Below, piece after piece: positions 56,096-64,000 of a stretch of 64,000 nt of DNA (the stretch's first letter is position 1; each line of letters opens with the position of its first letter). The position numbers and the translations under genes are program-made. The stretch lies in the IMG/VR virus record IMGVR_UViG_3300027710_000011, positions 212,773-276,772 of that record. One strand, written 5' to 3'. The notes beneath the pieces were generated by a model. The model saw only the letters and a list, made by a program, of their open reading frames with translations. It did no database searches and was not told the DNA's origin.

Positions 56096-59000
56096 ATGTC
56101 TCAAATCGACGATCTTTCCGCTGGCGACAGTACACCGAAGCTGGCAAAGGCTTCGTTGATGTCGATCACGCAAGTGCTTAACCGCATGGCGTACACGATT
56201 AAGACGCCTGATAGCGCAGTGGCGCCAGACGCGTTGCAGATTTCTACAGACGGGAATATGAGTCTGGGAAATGTTCCTTTGGTCTATTCAACTGTTGGTC
56301 GTAACTTCTCGGTGTCCAACACCAATAGCACTGGGACAATTTCTGATAAGGCGCAAATCTCTATTTCCAGTGTTAATAATAGCGCCGTAATGAGTCTGCA
56401 GGCCTCTGGTGCCAGTAGCTCTTATTTCAATGCAATTGAGTTTTGCAAAGCCGACACGACTGTCGAGTTTCGCATTAGGCACAAACTCACCGAGACCGCT
56501 TTGAAAATTGATGCGACTAACAATAACGTTAATCGGTCAATTGTTCGTTTCAATACCACCGGCGAGATGGTTCTTGGTGACACCAACTCTGTCGTTGGCA
56601 AACTGATGATTATCGGTGGTACTGCTGTGAACGGTGGCGAAGCCGTAATGTTTGCGCAGTCAAGTGATCCCGCAAACGTACCTGCTTTGATCACAGGTAC
56701 AAACGGCGGCTCGCTGCAAGTCTGTGGCGGCAACAATGCGCTTAATAGTGCTCGTGGTGCCCAGATCGATTTCAACTCCGGAAGTTTTGCCGGTGGCTCG
56801 GGTCACCTGGTATTCCGCGCTGGTACAAATACCGGCGGAGCACCGTCTCCTGAAGTAGGACGTTGGTATCCAGGAGGTTTCTTAGGTATCAACACCGGTA
56901 TTGAAGGTGCGGCCAGCATGCTTCACGTCCGCGCTCCTACCGGGGTTCGCGGCCGCGTGATTGCTGAATCCAACGCCGATATGGCGGGTTTCACAGCGCG
57001 CCGTACCAATGGCACGTATGCTGCTCCTACCGCTATTCAAAGCGGTGACACACTTGGCTTTTTCAACACACACGGTTCAACTGGTGTTTCGTTGAATTAT
57101 GCGGTTGGCGCAACTATTCAAATGTTTGCAACGCAGAACTGGTCCACCAGCGCAGCTGGTTCTGCAATGCAGTTTACTACGGTACCAAACGGTACAACGT
57201 TGTCGCAATTAAGCTTGTGGTTGGACCATAACGGTTACGCTGGCTTTAACACCACTGCACCACCGGCACAGTTCACTGTAGCTTATGGCACCGGTGTTAA
57301 CGGGTACGAACTTCAAACGAGCGCCGCTTCTGTTGGAATTTCAACTCGTAATCGCAGCACCAGCGTGTTTACTCAACTAGCTACCGCAGCAAAACGCCAT
57401 GTGTGGTCTGTTGGTGACGTCACGCCCGTGGACGCAATGTTGTTGGAGAACAACGGCCTCCTGGCAGTTGGAACAAGTTTGGCATCCGGCGGAACAGGTA
57501 ACACCGCGATTGAAGGCAGAATCATCGCTGCCACGCAACCGTTGAATACTGGTCTGACCATTGCTGATTCCGGTAACGGCGCTGCTGGCATCTATTCTGG
57601 TTTGAAATTCAAACTAGGCGCCCGTCACGCTACTTCAGGCGGCATTGAGTATTTTGACATCACGACTCGACCTGGTGATGCGAGTAACGGTGTTAGCAAC
57701 CAGTCCGATATGGCGTTGATTCGACTGGAGGCTTCAAAGAGCCTGACGCCTCGTCTGTTGTTGCAACCTTCCGGTGGTCTGCAGCAAGTGGTTGTTGGTG
57801 CAGGTACTTCCAACGGCAGCGGTAAGCTCGTTGTCGAGCAAGAAACCAGTTACGCCTCTCCAGGCATTACCGTCATCGGTAAGAGCGGAGCGACTTCGTC
57901 TGCGGACATTGTGATCAGTCGTAACGGCGCCGTCAGTAGCCTACAGGGAAAGATGCCTTGGCTGCAATTTGATTCGACCGATGCTGCGTTCGCTGGAAAC
58001 AACTCTGCTGCAATCGGTGCTGCTGGAAACAGTGTTGAGATCTGGAACTACGTTAGTAACGTATGGACGCAGAAGTTTGTTGTCGGACAAAGTACCACAA
58101 CAAGCAACAACAGCTTCATCGTTAACGGCGGTTCTGCCACTGCTCTTACAGTGCGAGGAGCTGCTGCTTCCAATAGCAGCGTTATCTTGCAGAGCAATAC
58201 CAGTAACGGCGCAGCTCATTGGATCACTTCGAAGCTCGATGGCTCTTTCCATTTGGGCGGTAATGGCGCAGCTGATCCAGCTGTTGGACCGATTGCTGTG
58301 TCGTCGAACATGCGCAGTGTTGGCTTGTTTGCACCAAGCGTAGCAAACCTTGGGAATACATACAGTCACAGCGGGACAGCTCGTGTATTGAGTGTCTATA
58401 ACCCAGACACAACGCTGAACGCCCAGGCCCACATCTTTTTAGGCGTAGGCAATACGACTCAAGCAAGCAGCGCAATCGGCGGAGTTTCGTTCGTTCTTCC
58501 AGGTATCAACAGCGACGGAACAGCGCGTGTCGCGAACATTGGTGCCTCCACCGATGACTTGCATGAGTCAAGCTCGCCAGCCGGCATGATCACGATGGCG
58601 ACAAAAGGTATTGCTAACAGCACTGCCACTACACGTCTGGTGATTCGGAGCTCTGGTAACTTGACATTGGGTAACACGGTTACACAAGACCTTGCGCGGT
58701 TGTACATTTATAACGAAGGTCGCAACGTAGATGGTGTTCGTGTAGACATGAACGACGCGCCCAACAACGCTTCGAACTTTGTTTCCATGAGAAACAACAC
58801 CTCCGGTTACTCAATGACTTTCGTAGTCAGCGGGAACATTGCAGGATCGATCACGCATCCGTCAGCAACGACGACGGCGTACGGAACATCGTCAGATGCT
58901 CGTATCAAGGAAAACGTCAAACCCTCAGAGGACAGTGGCGAGATCATTGATGCCTTGGAGATCGTTCAATACAACATGAAAGCAGACGGTTATTACATCC

Positions 59001-59236
59001 CGTTTGGTTTCGTTGCGCAAAAGCTATACACCGTTTATCCAACGGCTGTTATCGCTGGCGACACGAGTTTGGACATCGGTCCCGATTCAAAGATTTGGGG
59101 TATTGACGCTACGAGACTTGTGCCCGTGGTCGCTAAGGAAGTTCAATCGCTGCGTAAGCGCGTTGCACAACAAGATGCAGATATCGCTGAGCTGCGAGAA
59201 CTGGTTAACTTGTTGCTGCAGGAAAAGGGGAAGTGA
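56096..59236 (+). CDS. Second tail fibre/spike with an S74-type chaperone
   Basis: Repeated triple-beta-type units (GFLGINT...SMLHV, GYAGFNTTAP, RLVIRSSGNLTLG); TSSDARIKENV...GFVAQKL...LVPVVAKEVQ. Confidence 0.85.
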   Translation: MSQIDDLSAGDSTPKLAKASLMSITQVLNRMAYTIKTPDSAVAPDALQISTDGNMSLGNVPLVYSTVGRNFSVSNTNSTGTISDKAQISISSVNNSAVMSLQASGASSSYFNAIEFCKADTTVEFRIRHKLTETALKIDATNNNVNRSIVRFNTTGEMVLGDTNSVVGKLMIIGGTAVNGGEAVMFAQSSDPANVPALITGTNGGSLQVCGGNNALNSARGAQIDFNSGSFAGGSGHLVFRAGTNTGGAPSPEVGRWYPGGFLGINTGIEGAASMLHVRAPTGVRGRVIAESNADMAGFTARRTNGTYAAPTAIQSGDTLGFFNTHGSTGVSLNYAVGATIQMFATQNWSTSAAGSAMQFTTVPNGTTLSQLSLWLDHNGYAGFNTTAPPAQFTVAYGTGVNGYELQTSAASVGISTRNRSTSVFTQLATAAKRHVWSVGDVTPVDAMLLENNGLLAVGTSLASGGTGNTAIEGRIIAATQPLNTGLTIADSGNGAAGIYSGLKFKLGARHATSGGIEYFDITTRPGDASNGVSNQSDMALIRLEASKSLTPRLLLQPSGGLQQVVVGAGTSNGSGKLVVEQETSYASPGITVIGKSGATSSADIVISRNGAVSSLQGKMPWLQFDSTDAAFAGNNSAAIGAAGNSVEIWNYVSNVWTQKFVVGQSTTTSNNSFIVNGGSATALTVRGAAASNSSVILQSNTSNGAAHWITSKLDGSFHLGGNGAADPAVGPIAVSSNMRSVGLFAPSVANLGNTYSHSGTARVLSVYNPDTTLNAQAHIFLGVGNTTQASSAIGGVSFVLPGINSDGTARVANIGASTDDLHESSSPAGMITMATKGIANSTATTRLVIRSSGNLTLGNTVTQDLARLYIYNEGRNVDGVRVDMNDAPNNASNFVSMRNNTSGYSMTFVVSGNIAGSITHPSATTTAYGTSSDARIKENVKPSEDSGEIIDALEIVQYNMKADGYYIPFGFVAQKLYTVYPTAVIAGDTSLDIGPDSKIWGIDATRLVPVVAKEVQSLRKRVAQQDADIAELRELVNLLLQEKGK

Positions 59237-59311
59237 TTTATGAAGAAGGGGTCTGGTGTAGTGTTAGCCAGACCCCTGTCAGGGTTTTGATAAAAGTTAA
59301 AAGGACAATCG

Positions 59312-61048
59312 ATGAGTGATCCTATTCAAAAACCGGTAGTCGTGAGAAACTCTCTCACGGTTATCGGACCAATTGGAGCAGCCACACTGGTTACGACCGG
59401 GCTCGCTACTTTGGCAAGCGCAAATATTCAAGGCACGGCAGTCGTTGGCACCTCACTGATTGTTTCTGGTCCTGTAACTGGAACTTCATTTAGCGGTATT
59501 GGCACCTCGTTGTCTGCACTGAATGCATCCAACTTAGAATCAGGTACTGTACCAATTGCTCGACTCGGCACAAGTGGTGTAGCAGGTGCTACCACGTTCC
59601 TGCGGGGTGACAATAGCTGGAGCAGTGTAGTTACGGCAGTAACCGTTGTAGCTGCTAACGGTATCTCAGGTTCTATTGCAACCCAAGGTACCACTCCAGC
59701 AATCACATTGACTCTGGGCGCCATCACGCCCACCAGTATCAATACAGCAGGAAGTGTGACGGCAGCTTCTTTCAGTGGTTCTGGCGCTAGCCTGACTTCT
59801 CTGAATGGTACTAACGTTTCCAGCGGCCTCATTAATCCAGCTCGACTGGGTACAGGTACACCAAGCTCTGCCTTCTTCTTGCGAGGAGACGGTACTTGGA
59901 ATTCTGTTGTTGCTATTGCATTGCAAGGCTCAGGCTTGGCTAATACGAATGCAGCGATGGGTTCATCGGTAGCGGTCGGTACTTATGCCGCTACCGCTGG
60001 TGTGACATGGATCAGCTCTGCTTCAGCTACGAACGGAAAATCGTGGCAGATGTGGACAACGCCATCCGGGAATTTGTTCCTAGGTACCTTGAGTGATGAT
60101 GGTGCTTCGAATACTGTTGGCGTTACGTTCACTCGTAGCGCTCTGACGGTTACTAATATTGCTTTTGCGGCCACAACTGTGACAATGAATGCCGCAGTCA
60201 GCGGCACGTCGTTCAGCGGTTCGGGTACGGGTTTGACCGCATTGAATGCGTCTAACTTGGCATCAGGTACCGTACCGACTGCGCGTTTGGCGTCAGGCAC
60301 CGCTAATAACCAAACGTTCCTACGCGGCGATGGTTTCTGGGCCGTTCCTTCAGCTTCTGGAGATATCTCAGTAACTACTGTTAACAGTAGTGGAATGGGA
60401 ACTTTTGGTAGCTTGTCGGTTAATGGCGCCACAACGCTGAGTACGTTGTCCGTGAATTCAACAACGACTCTTGCGAGTTTGACTGTAAATTCAAACGCAA
60501 GCTTCAGCGCTGGTTTCACCGCTAATGGTTCCGCAAGCATTGGTGGTTCATTGTCAGTTGCTGGATCGTTGACGACTGGCGACGTCACCGGCACGGTGTT
60601 CATTCCAACTTCTAACACTCCGCCGGCGTACGGCGTGTACGAAGGTAGTACGGTTGGCGGAGTCGGTATTGCTACAGGTGGTCTGGAACGTTTGTCAGTT
60701 TCACCTTCCGGCGTAATTACGCAATCTGGGCCAGTGGTTAGCATTATCAATACGTTAACCTCGCCTGTTGTGGATTGTTCAAAAGGCAACTACTTCAAGA
60801 GAACGTACACCAGTGCACAAACCTGGTCGTTCATCAACGTCCCAGCGGGCGTCTTCTACAGCTTCATCCTGCGCATCACTCGCAGTGGTTCTGCCGCTGC
60901 TCAAACATGGCCGTCAAGTGTCAAATGGTCTGGTGGTGCTGTGCCGGTCCTATCCAACACCAACGGCGGTAATGACATTTTTGAGTTCATGACAGATGAC
61001 GGCGGCGTCAGCTGGCGCGCATTCCGTCGTACCACGACAACTACGTAA
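59312..61048 (+). CDS. Fibre protein with three internal repeats
   Basis: Three copies of FSGxGxxLxxLNxxNxxSGxxxxARLxxG...FLRGDxxW; C-terminal TWPSSVKW.GG..P....DIFEF.T.DGG.SW domain. Confidence 0.8.
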   Translation: MSDPIQKPVVVRNSLTVIGPIGAATLVTTGLATLASANIQGTAVVGTSLIVSGPVTGTSFSGIGTSLSALNASNLESGTVPIARLGTSGVAGATTFLRGDNSWSSVVTAVTVVAANGISGSIATQGTTPAITLTLGAITPTSINTAGSVTAASFSGSGASLTSLNGTNVSSGLINPARLGTGTPSSAFFLRGDGTWNSVVAIALQGSGLANTNAAMGSSVAVGTYAATAGVTWISSASATNGKSWQMWTTPSGNLFLGTLSDDGASNTVGVTFTRSALTVTNIAFAATTVTMNAAVSGTSFSGSGTGLTALNASNLASGTVPTARLASGTANNQTFLRGDGFWAVPSASGDISVTTVNSSGMGTFGSLSVNGATTLSTLSVNSTTTLASLTVNSNASFSAGFTANGSASIGGSLSVAGSLTTGDVTGTVFIPTSNTPPAYGVYEGSTVGGVGIATGGLERLSVSPSGVITQSGPVVSIINTLTSPVVDCSKGNYFKRTYTSAQTWSFINVPAGVFYSFILRITRSGSAAAQTWPSSVKWSGGAVPVLSNTNGGNDIFEFMTDDGGVSWRAFRRTTTTT

Positions 61049-61053
61049 AAGGA

Positions 61054-61090
61054 CATAAAGAAGGAAGCGGTTGGCGACCGCTTTCCTTTA
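61054..61090. terminator. Hairpin terminator with CATAAA on the 5' side
   Basis: CATAAAGAAGGAAGCGGT-TGGCG-ACCGCTTTCCTTTA. Confidence 0.6.
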
Positions 61091-61231
61091 AGGTAGTTTT
61101 TTACCCGAAATGATTTGACAACAGTTATTGGATCTGACAAGGTTTATTTACGTAAGCATGTCGATCATCAGGGATTTACTACTCTTAAAGAGAAGTGTTC
61201 TTCATTCGCCATAAACTCTGCAGAGGTTTCG

Positions 61232-62611
61232 ATGTCAGATATCAGTACAGAAAATCTAGACAATGATCTAGACTCACCGTTGCTCGCGCGACCAAGCCTT
61301 CTTGACGCCGTCACTCGTGTGAGCGCTTTGAGCCGCTATATCCAGACCGCTGATCCCGCGACTTTGCTGGTGACGAACAAACTGTCTGTGATTGGTGATG
61401 TTCGTGCGAACAGCAACCTTCACGTTCAAGGACAACTCAGCTTCGGTAATGCCGGCACAGCCGGTTATGTGCTGACCTCTCAAGGTCCTGGTCTGCCTGC
61501 GACCTGGAGCACAGTGGCTGCTGGTGATAAGTACAAAGCTACTTCCACAAGCAACCTGACAATTGATGCGGTCACTCCAAAGACCGTGGTTATCGAGCCA
61601 GATCTGTCGTATTCGACAGGCCAATCTGTCGTGGTAACAAATAACGCAACCCGCTATATGGGTGGCACTGTTCAATCCTATGACCCCGCGACTGGCAGCT
61701 TGGTATTTGCAAACGAATACCAGCTCGGAAGTGGCTCTTTTTCGTCATGGACGGTGAACATCGCTGGTAAGAAGGGAACTGATGGTACCAACGGTACTGC
61801 TGGTTCTTCGTGGTACAACGGCACCACTGTTCCTTCGGCCGGTACCGGCGTAGACAACGACTACTACATCAACAAGACCAATGGTGACTACTACCAGAAG
61901 CAGGTAGGTGCTTGGGTCTTGCAAGGCAACTTGACGGGTCCTTCGGGATCTGGTGGTGGAGGCGGTAGCTCTACCGTCTACTCGACTACGTCCAGGTATC
62001 AGGCAATTACCACGGCCGGTGAAGGCGTGACGATTGTTTCCTCAGCCTCGGTTAAAACAGGTATTTCTTGGTCACGCGTAGGATCTACGATGACCATCGT
62101 AGATCCTGGACACAATCGGTTGTCGGGTCAGCGCGTCATTCTGAGAAATACCAACGTACCTGTGTTTGACACACTTACGCTCACCCTAACCGCCGACACT
62201 TTCGATGTCACTTGTGCTGACACTGGTCCAACCAGTGGTACAGCTGCGGCCTATTCGATGGGCTTCACATTTGCCTATGTTGGCCCAGCAAACGCAAAAA
62301 CTGGCGGCGTCGTCAGCGCTCCTCCTGGATCCGATTGCGTGTTGCTGAGTATTCGTATCCACATGGCTGCGAATACTCGTGCTACTACCACTTGGCAACT
62401 CACAGTTCCAAAGGGTAACGTGAACGGCGCAGGCGGCCAAACCGGTCTGGACGACATGTCTATTCCAGTGCAGCAGATTCGTCAAGACAGCATTGCGCTA
62501 CCGGCAGTGGGTAACACCATTGCGTGCAACGTAGGTGGAGATTGGGGCGTGTATACGTTTGGCGCTCTGCCAGCCGCTACAACGGGTATTCACATCCTCG
62601 CTAACTTCTAA
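61232..62611 (+). CDS. Fibre protein with a short collagen-like segment
   Basis: Start set at ATG 61232 (GAGG RBS); GKKGTDGTNGTAGSSWYNGTTVP...DYYINKTNGDYYQK...W; shares an N-terminal motif with the fibres at 53321 and 56096. Confidence 0.75.
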   Translation: MSDISTENLDNDLDSPLLARPSLLDAVTRVSALSRYIQTADPATLLVTNKLSVIGDVRANSNLHVQGQLSFGNAGTAGYVLTSQGPGLPATWSTVAAGDKYKATSTSNLTIDAVTPKTVVIEPDLSYSTGQSVVVTNNATRYMGGTVQSYDPATGSLVFANEYQLGSGSFSSWTVNIAGKKGTDGTNGTAGSSWYNGTTVPSAGTGVDNDYYINKTNGDYYQKQVGAWVLQGNLTGPSGSGGGGGSSTVYSTTSRYQAITTAGEGVTIVSSASVKTGISWSRVGSTMTIVDPGHNRLSGQRVILRNTNVPVFDTLTLTLTADTFDVTCADTGPTSGTAAAYSMGFTFAYVGPANAKTGGVVSAPPGSDCVLLSIRIHMAANTRATTTWQLTVPKGNVNGAGGQTGLDDMSIPVQQIRQDSIALPAVGNTIACNVGGDWGVYTFGALPAATTGIHILANF

Positions 62612-62620
62612 GGAGCGAAA

Positions 62621-63313
62621 GTGGATACTCGTCCCATCAACGCATCGCTTTTAGTAGACGCTTTCACGCCTACTGGAAATCCCGGCGAGTACACGTTTGA
62701 CAATGCGTTCTACAACAACCAGGCTGACCAAACTGGTAATGGTGCTTACGACGTTCAGGTAGATTTTGTACTTTACGTACCTGCCACGAACTTCAACACC
62801 GGCGGGTCTCTTACCGGCGTTGTTCATCGTTATAAGTTAACAACTGTTACTGTTGTAGACAGTAGCCACATTAGTGGCACGATGATTTGGGATGAACTCG
62901 GCCAAGAAGGTTTAGAAGTCCCAACTAACGGCGCCGGTTGTGGTTTGAGTCAGGCAAGTCCGTCTTCAAAGTACGGATATGCGCCAGCTGACGCCCTTTA
63001 CTCTGAGTTACCACCAGGTTTTACCGTTCAGTCTGTTCAGACTGATCTGTGGAACATCACTGACATTGCATCGCCTGGGCCAGGGCCTGGTCCAAGTGGT
63101 TCTGTCTACAAACGAACTATCGGCGATTCTGTTGCCGATAGCTTCACCCTTCATCACGCGCTGAATACCCTGGACATAAGCGTCACAGTTTATGAACTGA
63201 GTACCGGTGCTGATGTGTACGCTGGCGTCGTTCGAACGGGTCCGAACGATGTTAGGATTGATTTCGCGTACCCAATTGAAACGAACAGTCATCGCGTGAT
63301 TGTTCGTTCCTGA
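62621..63313 (+). CDS. Putative virion fibre-associated protein (230 aa)
   Basis: AAGGAG RBS; PGPGPGP linker followed by a small beta domain (TIGD....FTLHHALNT.D..V.VY). Confidence 0.7.
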   Translation: MDTRPINASLLVDAFTPTGNPGEYTFDNAFYNNQADQTGNGAYDVQVDFVLYVPATNFNTGGSLTGVVHRYKLTTVTVVDSSHISGTMIWDELGQEGLEVPTNGAGCGLSQASPSSKYGYAPADALYSELPPGFTVQSVQTDLWNITDIASPGPGPGPSGSVYKRTIGDSVADSFTLHHALNTLDISVTVYELSTGADVYAGVVRTGPNDVRIDFAYPIETNSHRVIVRS

Positions 63314-63377
63314 TCTCCCCAACTAGACCGGCATTTCGCTTGTCTTATCTTCACCACCTCCCTTAGGAGTTTTTCTC

Positions 63378-64000
63378 ATGTTCCCAAAGTTTCACGGTAT
63401 TGCCCTGGCAGCGAACAGCTGGATCAGCAACGCAGTTGTGGAGAACCTGGCTGCTGACCCGACGCCCCTGGGTGCCGGTCGCATCTGGTACAACACTTCC
63501 GACAAGGGCCTGAAGTTCAGCTCGCTCGACGCTGGCGGCGCCATCGTTGTGCAAGTGGTCGCCACTGGTGCCGACGTTGCTGCTGCTGTTGCAGCCATCG
63601 CCGCTCTGGGCGCTCGCGTCACTGCCGTTGAAGGCAGCTACATCAACAAGGACGGTTCCGTTGCCTTCACTGGCGATGTGAATGCTGGCGGCAACAAGGT
63701 CGTCAACGTTGCCAATGGCACGGTTGGTTCGGATGCAGTGAACTATAGCCAGCTGCAAGCTGCTATCACTTCGCTGGCCAACGCCTTCCTGTACGTCGGT
63801 ACCGTTGCTGGCGGTGCTGACGCTGGTGCTGCCTTCGACATGTCGACGTCGGCCGACGTGACCGTTGGTGCCTACTACAAGGTTTCCGCTCCCGGTTACT
63901 TCAAGGTCGGCGCAGCTGGCGTCCCCTTCTTCGCCAACACCAACGACGGCCTGGTCTTCAACAGCCTGAGCGGTGTTGACGTCATCGACAACACCAACAG
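63378..64000 (+). CDS. Fibre/adhesin-like virion protein, truncated by the window edge (MFPKFHGIALAANSWISNAVVENL...)
   Basis: Translated by hand: AGGAG RBS, frame open to 64000. Contains GRIWYNT, a coiled coil, and the YadA-neck-like NKVVNVANGTVGSDAVNYSQL; very strong codon bias. Confidence 0.8.
   Translation, partial: MFPKFHGIALAANSWISNAVVENLAADPTPLGAGRIWYNTSDKGLKFSSLDAGGAIVVQVVATGADVAAAVAAIAALGARVTAVEGSYINKDGSVAFTGDVNAGGNKVVNVANGTVGSDAVNYSQLQAAITSLANAFLYVGTVAGGADAGAAFDMSTSADVTVGAYYKVSAPGYFKVGAAGVPFFANTNDGLVFNSLSGVDVIDNTN

Noticed and set aside
53321-64000. Diversity-generating retroelement or invertase-based fibre switching
   Set aside because: No reverse transcriptase, recombinase, near-identical template/variable repeat pair or inverted crossover sites were seen, and all fibre genes are co-oriented. 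Such elements could still lie outside the window.
1-64000. Alternative genetic code (stop-codon reassignment)
   Set aside because: Core genes are full length in the standard code, and TAA, TAG and TGA all serve as genuine stops.

Overview
The window is a gene-dense 64 kb segment of a phiKZ-like jumbo phage genome (probably Chimalliviridae; no chimallin or PhuZ gene is recognisable here). It holds the core morphogenesis and virion-transcription blocks. These are the large terminase, tail tube and sheath, three baseplate/neck-type structural genes, the prohead protease, and four split subunits of the virion multisubunit RNA polymerase (beta-N, beta-C, beta'-N/catalytic and a probable beta'-C). 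Also present are a 2286-aa tape-measure/lytic transglycosylase, a UvsX/RecA-like recombinase, an RNase H and a candidate spanin pair. The window ends in an array of at least six fibre/adhesin genes that runs off the right edge. The most unusual signals are: (1) a roughly 730-bp non-coding element upstream of the terminase block, with a perfect 42-bp alternating purine/pyrimidine tract between TATAAT boxes and a dense hairpin cluster; (2) a nested multi-stem RNA-like structure between the sheath and baseplate operons; (3) a window-wide family of hairpins ending in (TT)TATG; (4) a 25-bp promoter-like motif shared by two non-structural operons; and (5) a short N-terminal peptide shared by otherwise unrelated fibre proteins. 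No tRNA, rRNA, CRISPR array, intron, intein or IS element was recognised. phiKZ/SPN3US gene numbers are recalled from knowledge of those phages and were not obtained from a search. No complete novel system can be proven from the sequence alone.
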